Source of the DNA: Marsupella aquatica
Lineage: Eukaryota; Plantae; Marchantiophyta
DNA length: 64,000 bases
Direction: 5' to 3'
Assembly (NCBI GenBank): GCA_973895155.1
Contig: OZ316898.1
Span: 3,286,480-3,350,479 of the forward strand
Shown here: piece by piece, positions 26,501-39,180 of the stretch
Layout of the letters: every line of letters starts with the position of its first letter
How positions within the stretch are numbered: the first letter of the stretch is position 1
The notes under the pieces: generated by a model
The model's input: only the letters and a program-made list of their open reading frames with translations
The model's database searches: none
What the model was told of the DNA's origin: nothing
Translations under genes and position numbers: made by a program

Positions 26501-27434
26501 TCATTACCAATAGCGTCCACAACCCATCACACCTCAGAGTCGTAGGCTTGACTCCTACTCATCACTTCACGTTACCTTACCTCTAGACAATTGACAATTT
26601 CTAGAGTTCACAACCGACATTAATTATTTCAATCACCGGCCCGCACAGTTAGCAAATGGCAAATCTATAACCCATACCCCCTCCACAAGACAGGGACAGA
26701 CAGGGCCCAAAGTGGCGATTCAATGATGCAGGAGACAGGCAGGCTGGCCACGCCAGGGATCTCGCTCATCTCTCATTCCTGTACACGAGACAGATGGTTC
26801 GTTTGTTTGTTTTGGCAGAGCTTTGTCCACCCTCCTTTAATTAATCTCGCTCCGGCACACTCTCTTGCATTCAGAGAAGCTTGTTGTAGTAAATTGTACC
26901 CTTTACGATAAATTTGTACACTGTGGCTGCTTGGTTGGCTGGCTGGCTGGCTGGCTGGCTGCTGTTCGGATGATTGTACCGTATGATGGAATGAAACTGT
27001 TCAGCACATCAGTCATCAGCTGATCAGAGCCGCTCCGCTGCTGAGCTGCTGGAAATCTGGAATGAAAAACAAATGCGAGGCGGATTCGCCCACGACTGAA
27101 TTGAATGCGCGCACTGGCAGCAGCATTGCATCCCTCCTAGTCCTCGCTCCACGAATCCATTGCGCATCTTCCGATCTACATGGTCTGTTTCTTCCTGTGG
27201 CGGTCAAAGTTCACCTATGTCAGCATGCGGGGCGGAGGGCACCGAATTGAATGCAGCATTCGATTAGCCCACATCATAATAATTGATTATTACGAAGTAC
27301 TCAATGAAAGGGAGTCAATGAAGGCATTCGCCGAGCGTTTGTTTGGAGCAGCGGGAGCGTATTTTTTAAGGATTTCACTTTTAAGTCAGAGTGGCGAATG
27401 TAAAGTGTGCGAGGGAGAAGATGCTCAGAAGATT

Positions 27435-27930
27435 CATTATTCAATTATTTTCCTGATCGTCAGATCTCCCTAGATTTAAAGCGGACCGTTAGATTTTTGC
27501 TAATGGGGCCTGCGATTAGGTGAAACACTGCTAGCAAAATAGTAGCAAAGTTTTGTCAAAAGTGGCGAAGGATTTTTGGGGAGGTGGAATCTAGCCAATT
27601 TTCACCTCTAAAAAAAACAGTGGAGTAGCGTAGTTTTTTAGGTATTTTACTTTTTTGCCACATTTACAGACTTTCCAGTGTGTGCCAAGGAGAAGATACT
27701 CCAAATATTTGCTCCAAATATTTTTTATCTGATTATTTTCCTGACCATCATATCTCACTCCCTATATTTAAGGAGGGCCGTTAGATTGTAGCTAACGGGA
27801 TCTGTGATTAGATGGGACACTTGCTAATGAGACAGAAAAATACTACCTAATTTTAGGCAAAAGTTATGAAATTATAAAGTTTTGGGGGGAAGTGGAATTT
27901 GGTGAATTTTAGTCACTAAAAAAAACACTG
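27435..27930 (+). repeat. ~290-bp diverged tandem duplication
   Basis: ATTATTTTCCTGA.C.TCA.ATCTC..CCGTTAGATT..CTAA.GGG.CTG.GATTAG at ~27446 and ~27732. Confidence 0.7.
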
Positions 27931-29001
27931 GTTTGTAGTTCTGGTGTGTTGTCTTTTGATGAAAGTATCTTGACTAAACTCCTATTCAGTCTTGTTATTT
28001 GGGAGCTTTTACTAAACAGACATTTTAAAGGAATGTTTCAAGAACATTCAAAGCATCTCATGTAAACATTGACTTATCAGTAGACTTTGTTTGGAGTTGC
28101 ACAGTAAATCCAAGGAAAACATTTGTTAGCTTATGCTATCTTACTTATAAAGTACGAGCTTCTAAGTAGAGTGTGCCACTTTTTATGGAAACTTGTGGCT
28201 GAACACAACCCAAGGCAGAAAAATGATGTTTGGGACTCCCTATAATTATGGAATCAAAAATAATTGGAAGTTGAAATCAGGATAGAATAAAGTTGTGTAT
28301 GAGCAATTCATGATCCATAATTTTTTGAATAAAGACCATATGCCATGACCATAAGTAATTGTACGAGGCGAGTCAAAACAAACCTTTGACATAACCTTGT
28401 GAACAAACTATGGCCAGTTGCTCATGGCTAAAAGTTATCTACATCTATAATATTGAATCTTGCTCATTTTAGTCCTTCATCCCGTTACAAAATACATTTG
28501 GGCGGGAATGAAGGACAACCGTTAGATCTTTTGGGTGATTTTTTGTAACTGTTTGATTATTAATTCCTTGGTAAGGGTACACATAAACACACAATGACAT
28601 TGCAATAGTCTACATGACAACAAGAACAATTCTACTTGAGAGTACAATTGTGAATTGTACTAGATCTATTATCCTTTATTACTTTCCCATGGTACACTGA
28701 TTATATATTATACTTTATAATTTCATAATTTTTTACACACTGATATCTTTTCTTCACCTTGACATCTTTTGTGTAACACACAGGCATTGGGCTAGTCATC
28801 TATAACTATGAAGCCTTGACATATGCGACAAAAGTAAGCACCTGATGAAAAAAATTCCACTCTAGACTGAACGGATGCAAAGTAGACTGGAAATTTGTCA
28901 TCCAGTTGTTACTACATTAAGTAGACTGTAGTCCCTCTTTTTGTTTCCTGTTACTTGAACTCTTTTTGTGTGTCTTTTGAAAGCTATAAAGGTAAAAAAA
29001 A

Positions 29002-29656
29002 TTAAGCCAGGATGGACCTAGGGGTTTACTTTGAAGCCCAGATGGATTTCCAAAGTTTGGATGGACTGGTGTTGAGCATCTAAATAGACTTTTGTGGCAC
29101 CTTTTATGGTTTTGACTGAAATTGGACCTGTGGGTAAGTCTTGACTGCTTGCATCTAGTTTTACCTAGTTTACCTGGTGGTAATTGCTCCTCATGCCCAA
29201 CATACTCGGGGCATCCTTCACAAAACTGAAGCGTCTTTCCCAAAAGCAGTAATTTGCAGCTCATGCTTGAAATAGACAGCTAGAGCCTCTTGCAGAGCTC
29301 CTTCACAAAAGTGAAATGTCTGCTAGCAGTTAATTTATAACATCAGCTTTTAAGTACTTTGCCACTAAATTAAGATGTCCTAATTGACAATATTGTCACG
29401 GTCTTTTTTGTAATCACAAAAGTGCCACATTTTCGTATGTGGATGACAAGTTTACCAAGGTAACCAGGGGAACTATATACAAAAACTGTGGCATATTTGT
29501 AAATAGAAATAACACAGAGGCAATATTGTAAATCCAAACATGTTTAGTGGCAATGTAGCTAGCTGTTTATAACATCTGACCATTTTCAAGCTCATAAAAA
29601 ATGACCAGTGACTATATGCAGTTTACGGGGAAACCCCTTGGTCCATCCAGGCTTAA
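29002..29656. mobile_element. Non-autonomous TIR element flanked by TTAA, containing a nested MITE
   Basis: 26-bp inverted ends TTAAGCCAGGATGGACCTAGGGGTTT (29002-29027) vs AAACCCCTTGGTCCATCCAGGCTTAA (29631-29656), 2 mismatches. Confidence 0.65.
29351..29561. mobile_element. Palindromic MITE (~210 bp), copy A
   Basis: TIR TAAGTACTTTGCCACTAAA / TTTAGTGGCAATGTAGCTA, with near-collinear similarity to 40232-40781. Confidence 0.8.
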
Positions 29657-32069
29657 TATTCATAGAGGTTGGATGGGTTTCCAATTCAAACTTTTTTGGT
29701 AGGAGAGTAAGTTTCCATGGATTCTTAAAATGTACGTTTGAACCTACATAACATTTATTGACTATTCTATAGAAGGAAAACAAGAGGATTTGGGGATCCC
29801 AGAGTCCAGGAAGCTTTCACTCATGAATTTGAAATTGACTTAAGTTTTTTTCTTTTGGGAAAATATGGGGAAAGGAAGGGAGTGAGATATGAGTAAAGTG
29901 AGGTGTGAGTGGAGATGATCGAGGCGATAAACTGGTATATAATAATCCTCTTATGAAGTTAATACCTTATTTTGAGGTGCAAAGTTTATTAGACATGTAT
30001 CCATCACTGTTTGTCCATATATAAGAGAAAAGGTACTTCCCGCTTTTTCCACATTTCACTCACTTTTCTCCTCTACAGTTCCAGTTGGCTCCACAATTTC
30101 AGGGAAGAGGGTTACTTTTAATTGTAGATGTGGGTGACCCGGTAGCTTTTAAAAGGTGTAGGCGTGGTTTGAAACACTACACCGGCCCAAAACTACAACC
30201 TGGCCTAGTGGACAAAGGTCGTGTACTGGATTGTAAAGTACCTAAGATTTTAAAGATGGACCACATTTATAAGCAAAGTACAACAAAAGGAAAGAAAAAG
30301 AGGTCCAAAGAGAACAAATACCAAACAAGGAAAAAGAAAAGCAAGTGCAACCCAGGCCTCAAAAAGGAAGAAGTGAAAGGGAAACGTGCCTAACACTACA
30401 CGAGTGCAAAGGACTAAAGTCCACATTGGAATATGTGGCAAGCTAGGAACTAAGGGACTGGATGTGTGGATCCGCTGCTCTCAATCACAAATAATGGCTG
30501 CCAAAAAAGACCATGATGAAAGCATTGGAAACATCCACTTGTAGAATAACTCCGCTTTGTTCTATTAACTGTCAATATGACCCACTGTAATTGCTGAAGC
30601 CAAGAATACCAAAGTGGCTGACATTGAGGCAAAAATAAGTGGCAATTGTGCCGTTGTCAAAACACCTAAGTAAGGGATGGCGACAAAGCTTGCACTATCC
30701 TTTTAGTGTAAGTCTACTATTCTTAATATGCCTTCAGAAAGAAATTGTGTTCATGACCAGTTTCATCATCCTGTTCAAGCGTAGCAAAGTTGAAAAACCC
30801 TTGATTCAGGTGTTTGGAAGTTGTCCTCTTTGACATTTCAAGCAACAGTAATTTGTAGGTATTGAGAGCTTTCAGTCGCTATGGGATCTCAATCCTGAAC
30901 AATTTGACAAGCCTTCTGATATGATAACATTTCTAATCTTGCACGAAATGTATGGAAAGTGATCTAGCTAATATAGTGCACTCAAAAGCTACTTCAAAGG
31001 CCTCTAGACCTTAACTCTAAGTTAGTGCATAACTTAAAGTGAGGGTGCTGAAAGGGATGGGGGCAAAGATCAACAGGAAATAAGGGGGGAACCCCTTTTT
31101 CTGCCAGGTTTTTTTTGTGTCCTCTCCTAGTTTCTATTTATGTTCAAGGAATGGGTAATCAGGCTAGTGTACATTTAACTAGTATCACATAAATTATCTA
31201 TCCGTGAATGTTAATATGCTTGTTTGATACAGATTTTACAAACAAATCAATGAGAACTTATCCCCAAAATTGCTTACTTAGGCATGACCAGTGTTTTTTT
31301 CTCCTTTTAAGTAGCAGGAATGAAGAAAGTCGCACAAAAGAAAAGATTTGGGTGAACTTTTTTGCAACCAAAAGCTTGTAAACTGAAGCTTTTTCAACCT
31401 TTTCCAAAACAAGCATGCACCAACACATACAGATAGGTCTCTGTTAGAGTGAAAAATCCTTCCTTCTACGCAAAGGGCACCTCATCCAAGTTTATTAAAG
31501 GTTTCTTTTATCCTTCTCCTACTTTGTAGTTTGTGCCGGGAGTTTGTGTCTTTGTCCCTTTTCTAGTAAAGTGGTTAGTTTGTTGGTCGGTTCATTCCTT
31601 TCTTAACTAGGGCGATTAAAACAATTATTAATTGTTTTGGGTGTAGTGGATTCCTACAGTAGATAGTAACAAAAAAACTCCCCAACCTGCTGGGCGGCTT
31701 GGTGTCTCCAACAAGGATTTTCTGGCCTCCCCTCCCCTCCCCTCCCACACACACACACACACACACACAATAAGTATGACCTGTACATCATAGTATGCAA
31801 TCACCCTCTTGATTTTGCATTAGGATGACTTTACAAGACGTTGGGGGCACTACGGAGGTTTTTTCACCAAAGCAAATTGGAGGGGCAATTCACACCCTAA
31901 ATACAGTGTCGCAAGGCTAAAAGCATTTTTGGAATCCTTTAATGACCTTCAAGGTCTTGTAAAGCAAAGTGCAGCCAGTGGTGCTAACTAGCTAAATCAT
32001 GATAGATTGGGGACCCACTCCCCCTGAATGTCACAAGTATTATTTGGCTTTTTAGCCATTGTGCATATA

Positions 32070-32335
32070 TCACAGTGCCCAAGGGCAAAAAATGCCAAAC
32101 CGGGAGACATGATCCCAAAGTGAAAGCAACCCAATGAAGGGAAGGAAAAGAGGGGAAAGGGCCCCAAGAAAAACACGCCAAGGGGACCCCAACCAAAGCC
32201 GACGAAGAAGCAAGGGCCAAAAAAGGAACCTACAAAGGAGCCGTGAAGGCTAATACCCTACTGAACAGAGAACTGAAAAGCCTGGTAGATCTCCCGAGTA
32301 AACCGCATAAGAGGGTCACGAAGTGGAACCTGCCG
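32070..32335 (-). mobile_element. LINE 3' end (same family)
   Basis: GGGAGACATGATCCCAAAG and GAGTAAACCGCATAAGAGGGTCA shared with the other copies. Confidence 0.6.
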
Positions 32336-32632
32336 AGATTGTGCACCTTTCCTTTTCACCTTCGCTTGCATACTCTTGAATTCTAGTGACCAGATAGATC
32401 TCCACACTGTCTGACTACCTGGCCATCTCACTTATGTTTGACAAAATGTTCACTCAATATCACTTACCATTGACAATGTTTTGCAATGCACAAAAACATT
32501 AGGCAATTTAGTAGGGGGCAAGGAGAACCATGGAGATCAATCCCTGGAAGTGGATTTATTGGCATTTGGACCCTCTGCTGCCTGCACAAACTGAAAGCAT
32601 GTCATATTTTTTAATAAGCGCCCCGCTAAGCA

Positions 32633-32932
32633 CTCGGGGGCCTCACTCTAAGGTGGGTCTCATATCACGTTCAATGTTTTTAGTTATTAAGCACCCTAAA
32701 AAACAAGGAAAACAATTAAAACCATTTTCCATTCCTACATTTTTGGAATATTCTAAAAATATTCCCCAAACTCATTTGTAAAACCCTATCTTTCCTTATA
32801 ATTCTCAAAATTGAATTTAGAAAACACTAATGTTCCCCTAGTAAAATTAGAAAGTATTCTTCTCAACCCACCAAACAAACCTTATACCTACTTCTGTATA
32901 ATGGGTAGAAAGAAATAAGTGAGTACCCCGGG
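32633..32932 (+). mobile_element. hAT-type MITE, copy 2
   Basis: TIR CTCGGGGGCCTCACT / AGTGAGTACCCCGGG, degenerate 8-bp TSD GCTAAGCA/ACTAAGCG, shared internal AAACCCTA-rich body. Confidence 0.8.
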
Positions 32933-34466
32933 ACTAAGCGTCAAGAGCTTGATTGAACCCCACTTTTGGGTGGGGTTTGGTATAGGAAGAGAAGTGCCTT
33001 TGGGGGATTCAGACTCAGAGCCTTGGCCCCCCCACTCAGATCATCTACCCAATTCTGGACCTGATTGCCTGCTGGAAAGAGTGGTCCCATTGCTAGAATT
33101 TAAATTTATATCATGTGCCCAAGGAAGCCTGACAATGCCATTATGGGGTTTCCAGGGATTTCTTGCCCCAAATGCTACAGGAGGCACAATAGGATATGTT
33201 GACCCATTCCTGAAAATGTCACATCTACAATTGGTTGATTTGCTCCCGAACCCCAATGCATTTTTAGTTCCTGATTTCTAGAGAAATTTACTCTGTGGAT
33301 CCTATGGGTAGAGTAAAATCTCTCTGATCCCACGGCTCCAAATAAATTGGCTTGATTCCCTTATCAGTGAAAACGAAGGGTGGAAAATCTTCCTGAAGGA
33401 AGCACTTCAAGTTGTAAGTAGTTGTAAAAGAAGAATTGGTTAGTGGACTAGTCCCTATGTATGCTTTATTGCTTGTGAAGAGGCTAATACTACTTAAACC
33501 CCTAGTGTCCTTCAACCATAATTAGTCAATAATGTACCACAGAAAAAAATGTGCACCAATTTTGGCTTCCCCAAGGTTTGGAACACAATGGCGGTTTAAG
33601 TTTTTTCAGTTGCAAAATTGGGAGATCGCCTCTTTACAAAGACTTGTTCATGACTCATTTTGCCCATGTTGTCAACAAGTCTGTGCCCTATAGAATCATT
33701 CCTTCCTTGTCTTTTCCATACCCTCATTCTATAGGGCACTCTGCGGGAACTGTTGCAGCAGTTAAATATGTCATTCTTTTGTTTTGTATGTATGAAATTC
33801 ACAGGTCTATATCTGAAGGGCCGGAAACTTGCTGGCTCTTGCCCTTGGGTATCCTCAAATGCTGCGGCCAGGCCTGCCTGGGAGGTGGGTTAAGCATGAA
33901 GCTCTCAATCACTTATAATTTGACATCAGTAGGGTGTCTCATAAACACAAAAAACTGGCACCTCGTGGGAGTCCCGTGAGACAGTCGGGAGCACCACAAC
34001 AGGGTACAAACAGACAATTATTTGTTGGGGTACGAACAAATGAGTGACCCTCACGATACATTGAATGTTATTATGTTTACTATGAAATTAGGGACTCTTA
34101 CGGTCCTGGGCGTGACTGGTCGGTCCTCACAATAGGTGCCCGATCAGTCATGATTGTTGTCCCAAACCACAACACCTCGACTCGACGCAGTCAAAGCAGA
34201 AAAATGTAGAAAAATGTAAAAAAATGTACTTATTTGAGACCCCCTTGTGAACTACACTAGAAGGCCAGTTTTTAGAAGGCCTGTTTTCTGAAGACCAGCT
34301 CGCCCTCAGGGTTCACCTGAGAATTCAAAACGTATCCAATAAAATAGTGTCGAACAGATAATATCGAAGGTCGAGACCTCATGGAACCAGATATGTCACA
34401 GTGATGCTACCACACGCGAAGAAACGATGTCGCACTCTACTATAGTTTCTGAGTCGAGTGACAGAA

Positions 34467-34527
34467 AAACCCATAAGCGATGTGAGTGAAAGGTGGAGGG
34501 AATTGGAAAGGAGCGGGAGGTATATAA
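34467..34527 (+). promoter_or_regulatory. snRNA promoter of U1 (USE-like element + TATA box)
   Basis: TATATAA at 34521-34527 (-30 to U1). AAACCCATAAGCG at ~34467-34479 (~-80) sits roughly where the plant USE (TCCCACATCG consensus) is expected. Confidence 0.7.
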
Positions 34528-34550
34528 GCTTCGGCTGCCGAGGGAGATTC

Positions 34551-34709
34551 ATACTTACCTGGGCGGGATCGATCGGTGATCGAGAAGGCCGATGGTCTAG
34601 ACTGAGCTGCGCCATTGCACACCGGCCCGGCAAAGTCTAGCATTTCCCCAAGGGGATAATGCACGTCATAATTTGTGCAAGCGGGGGCTCGCGTTCGCGC
34701 GGCCTTCTC
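34551..34709 (+). ncRNA. U1: U1 spliceosomal snRNA
   Basis: Starts ATACTTACCTGG. SL1 loop GATCGAGAAG, SL2 loop ATTGCAC, SL3 GCATTTCCCC-AA-GGGGATAATGC, Sm site ATAATTTGTG, SL4 GGGGGCTCGCG-TTCG-CGCGGCCTTC. Confidence 0.97.
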
Positions 34710-34749
34710 CCATCTAAATACAAAGTCAGGATTGATCATGAGATGGTAC

Positions 34750-35010
34750 TTTTGAGTCCGGGACTAATTCCATGCTTCTACACTAAAAGTTAAAAACTAG
34801 TCCAAGTTGTTGATGATATACTTCAGAACCCACTGAGAGTCACGGACTAATTCCATGCTTCTGCACTAAAAACTAGTCCAAGTAGTTGATGATAGGAATT
34901 CTTCCACTGAAAACCAAGTGAGGATTGGTTTAGGGAGATCGTGCTTTGAGTCTGACTGGGACTAATTCCATGCTTCTGAGATAGAAACTAGTTCGAGTTG
35001 TTGATTATAT
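34750..35010 (+). repeat. Three ~85-110-bp tandem units immediately 3' of U1
   Basis: GGACTAATTCCATGCTTCT...AAACTAGT.C.AGT.GTTGAT at ~34761, ~34844 and ~34959. Confidence 0.85.
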
Positions 35011-35034
35011 GAATGTGGTTGGGTTATTCTCAAA

Positions 35035-35385
35035 TGAAGTCAGGATTTGCATCGTAGTTCAGTCGCCCGGTTCAAACGTTGAGGGATTTAGGTTTGGTCA
35101 CTGTAGAACGAATTCAGGATTTGTATCGTAGTTTACTAGACGTTGATGGATTTAGGTTTGGTCACTGTGAAACGAATTCAGGATTTGTATCATAGTTTAT
35201 ACTACGTTGATGTAGTGATTGCTTCAAGCGACTTCAGGATTTGCATCGTGGTTTAGTCGTAGCTGGATTTGATTGGTTGTGTCACCCTTAGACGAATTGA
35301 GGATTTGCATCCTGGTGATTGGTTGGGTCGCCGTAAAACGAATTCAGGATTTGCTTCGTATTCGGGTCGTTGATGGATTGATTGA
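35035..35385 (+). repeat. Six degenerate ~46-74-bp tandem units
   Basis: GAATTCAGGATTTGYATCGT anchors at ~35036, 35110, 35174, 35230, 35294 and 35340. Confidence 0.85.
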
Positions 35386-38300
35386 CTGTTGTGTTGTGTA
35401 CCCACCGCACCGAAACAAAGTTTAGATGTTCAGGAAATAATGCATCGAAGTTTAGTCGGCGGATTGATGATCGATTAATTGTGTCTGCTGTTCGTTTCGG
35501 AGAAATGGCTTCAGCCCACCCCGATTGATTGTATTCATTCCATGGTGGGCTCCTTTGAACTTGATCTTTGGGATTAATGTGAATTGGATGGACCGTGCCC
35601 GACCGTGAGATGTGTTTTTCAATTTCAACGAATGCAGCATAATTGTTACTGATCTTTGTGTTTGATGTAAATGGAAGCGGCCTTCAGATATATTTTAAAA
35701 GATCAGATTCTCCAATGAATTGTGTCCCTTTTCAGGCAAAAGTTTACGGCTTCAGTCTTACCCGATTGTCTTCCACAGTGGGTGGTCAGTAGTCAGTCGA
35801 CAGTATCAGAACTGACCACCCGATGCCGGCTTCGATGTATCTTGGAATGTCTTTCGTTCCAAGTCCTCGCGGTATCATCTCCAAAGTAAAGTTTACAGCT
35901 CGATCGTCATTAGTGAGAGAACTGGACGTACGAGCTAGCAATCGTTAATATGTTTGGCACGTGAAGACTAGGCCCGGGATGGATGGAGCGCGAGGCCCAG
36001 GCAAGCCTGTTGAATGTGCATCCGCAGTGAGATGAGGAAATTAAACCAGCACGGTATATGGAACTGGTGGGCAACTTTCAAATCACTCGTGCAGCTGGAA
36101 ACTGGGGACTGTCTCTTAATTCTTGTTAGCAGCATAATCAACGTCCCCGACGCCCGCGGACTCGCAGAACCTACTGTAGTAACATCATCCCACGCTACCG
36201 GTGTATAGTTCGTGTTTCAGCTTTGATTTCCCTCCTCTTTAAGGTCATGCTTGTGTGAAAGAGATGATGTTCTCATTTCTCGGAATCGTGTCTCATTCCT
36301 CCTTACTCCGGCGGATTGGTGGTGGTGGCTGCACTTACTGTTCAATCTCGCTGCTGTTTCGTGCTGTTTTGTGCTGCATATGATCTGCTCAACAATGTCC
36401 TGGGGTTTCTTTTGTCTCTTCTTGAGCTTCCAATGAGTTTTGAGGCAGATCTTTAGAAAGCAGGATGCACTGTTTGCTCGGACTAGTCATTCTGTTGCCT
36501 CTTCTGATTTGGATTAGACCACCAATCGAATCATTCATATCAAATTTCATTTGCAATTGCAATCCCACTTTTGTTTTCAATCTCGCTTTCACCCCATAAA
36601 CGATTCAGTGTTTAGTTCCAAGGCCTTCGAAGATCAAGACTGAATTCATAATGTTATCCACATCTCATATACTGAAGTCATCTCACTCTGCCGGAGTTGC
36701 CAATCAACTTCGTACCTGATGCTCTGGTTCCTCTTTGACAAAACATAATGTCACGACTTTGGTGTTAACCTCACCGAGTTGTCTCGTTGATCTCGTGAGT
36801 TTGGCAAACGGCTTACTCTCACTCAGTCTGCGTACTCTTCTCTTCGACAAGACAAATCTCGGGACTTTGGCGGTCACGTTACTCCAATCAAATGAACACA
36901 TTCATTCATGTAGAAGGGATTGTTGCCTAGAAAGTGATGCGGTGGACAGGGACACTGAAAATAAATCTTCTGCTCCTAAAGCATTACCTTACACTTGAAC
37001 ACCGTACGGTTCGTTGTACAATGTGAATCTAACGAAGCTTTCGTTTCTGGACCTATTGCACCAATTCATCTCAAGTTGCAGACTATTGTACGTACTGGCA
37101 TTCAAGTTCGCCTGGTTTTGCTGGACGAAAACTCGAACGAGGCGATTGTCTCAGCAGTGCTTCATCTATCAGAAACGACATGCTGGCCACTCCAGCAGAT
37201 TGTGCGGCCTCCGTTGACCAGGTATTCAAACCTGGGCAGGCGGGAATGACCAGCGTCCCAGCGTACAGTGGTGCAGCATAGTATACCATTTGGGGTGCCG
37301 CAAACTCTGTCAACAGTCTTACTATCCAACCGATCTGACATGTGCGACCTGATCATGCACATAAAAGAATTCCCATTGTAAGTGGAAACCTTTCAGACCT
37401 GAGGATTTGATGGAAAAAAAGTAACTAGTCTTAACACTTGTACTTAACACTCGGTCTGAGGATGGAAAAGGTCACTTTGCCAGCTCCTCCTTTAATGTTG
37501 TATAAGATTACAATCATCGCTCTTCCTACTCTTCACCCAAGGCACATTGTCCTTAGGTCCACCTGGCCTGCCTGTCATGGCAACACCAGTCATGAACACC
37601 CCCTCGTGCTTGACACCACCACAATGATGTACCCACGCATGGTCTCAAGAGAACTGGCATCAGTTAACCGCTCATGTTGAGAGGTGATGACATGGAATGG
37701 GGCTCCATTGGAGCTGTAAACTCGATCTCATCATTTTTCGAAACCACCGAGAACGGAGACGGATGTACCCAGCAGTATGTATGCGATCACATTGCCTTTC
37801 ATTGGCAGAGGTTGATTGTGGAGGTTCAAAGCTCTAAACAGACTTAACTTGGTTGCACACAGAGATAGCCCAGATTGCTGCTGAATACCGCCCGCAGAAG
37901 ATCTCCCAACCCCATCTCTTCTCGAGCAATTGTGAACCTGACCTCCAATTACAAGGCTCGAGATCCTATCATACAATTATACTTTCTGTTTGACTCACCG
38001 ACATAAAGTACATTCCAGATTTTTCTCCCGAAAATGAAGAATTTATTCGAGCCGCAAGAGACAATAGAACAGTCCTGCAGAAGAACAGCTGAGCAGACTG
38101 ATGGCGAGTTCCCCGAGGATGGAGCTTTTCTCCTAGAGACCAGGGCAGGTTGTGCGCCAGAACAACAGTGACAAGGTTAGTGTCAACATTGCGGATTGGA
38201 GGTAATTCACCACCCAAGACAAGCAACTCTTTACTATCTCATAAGTGTCTAATTATTGTGGCATGAATGGATGAAAAGGAGTGGCAGAAAAGTACATAGC

Positions 38301-39119
38301 TTATTTGTGTCATAGCTCATCTTCCAACAATCATTAATGAGATCTGTCTTAGTGGAATAATCAGAGAGTAGTACCGCACTATATCACTGGACCATAATTA
38401 TCTCTCAGTGCACACTCCATAGGTGCAAAATCTGGCCTATTGCAAGGGTGACCATTCTTCGCTTCTTTGCCAACAGGTTTCCACCGCTTTGGTACTTGTT
38501 ACAGGTGCCACGAGGTCTCCACTAAATGATAAACAGAGGGTGCAAAACTATACTATTTGTTGATTTATGGTTAAGAGCATCAATCCCATGTGGACTCTTA
38601 TATATAAGTGAATACATTATTTGGTAGAGTAAATGTTGCAGTCATGAGCTAGGCGACAGAGTTAAGGGCAAGCATGTACCGTCTTCCATTGCAAGAGAAT
38701 ACTTCCCAACAGAAGATAGCAGCTTTCTCAGGTGTGATAGGGTTTAGCTAGAGACATCATGCATGTCTATGGACTCTGTCAAGGCATCTATAAGTGCAAA
38801 CTTAAAGAAATGCAAAGTAAGCATAAAGTGCAAACCACATGTAAATGCAATCCTGGGCTTCTCTCAGAGAATGTACACATAGCGAGCTGGTTCTGTAGTA
38901 GTGTCTACTGCCCTCATCATACCCTAATCATCAGATTATAATGTGATTACTGTTGTTTTTGAACCCACAATTATGACGTTCAGAAGCCCACAAATTAGTT
39001 TGCCCAATACTTTAACGTAGGGTCAAAGATGGAGTTTGACTACTTCCTTGCCTCAATTTGTACAGGACTACACAACATAAACAGTAGACACTAATAAGTC
39101 AGGACTGTAGCCCACTAGC

Positions 39120-39180
39120 CCTTTAGAGTATGGCAATCCCCCTTTAGAGTATGGCAATCCTCCTTTGGAGTATGGCAATC
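39120..39180 (+). repeat. 21-bp minisatellite x3
   Basis: CCTTTAGAGTATGGCAATCC repeated three times. Confidence 0.9.

Noticed and set aside
35035-35385. CRISPR-like repeat/spacer array
   Set aside because: The 'spacers' are homologous to one another, the repeats are degenerate, the context is eukaryotic and there are no cas genes.
37670-37700. RdRp motif C (LRGDDM)
   Set aside because: No motif A or B upstream; a lone GDD is expected by chance.
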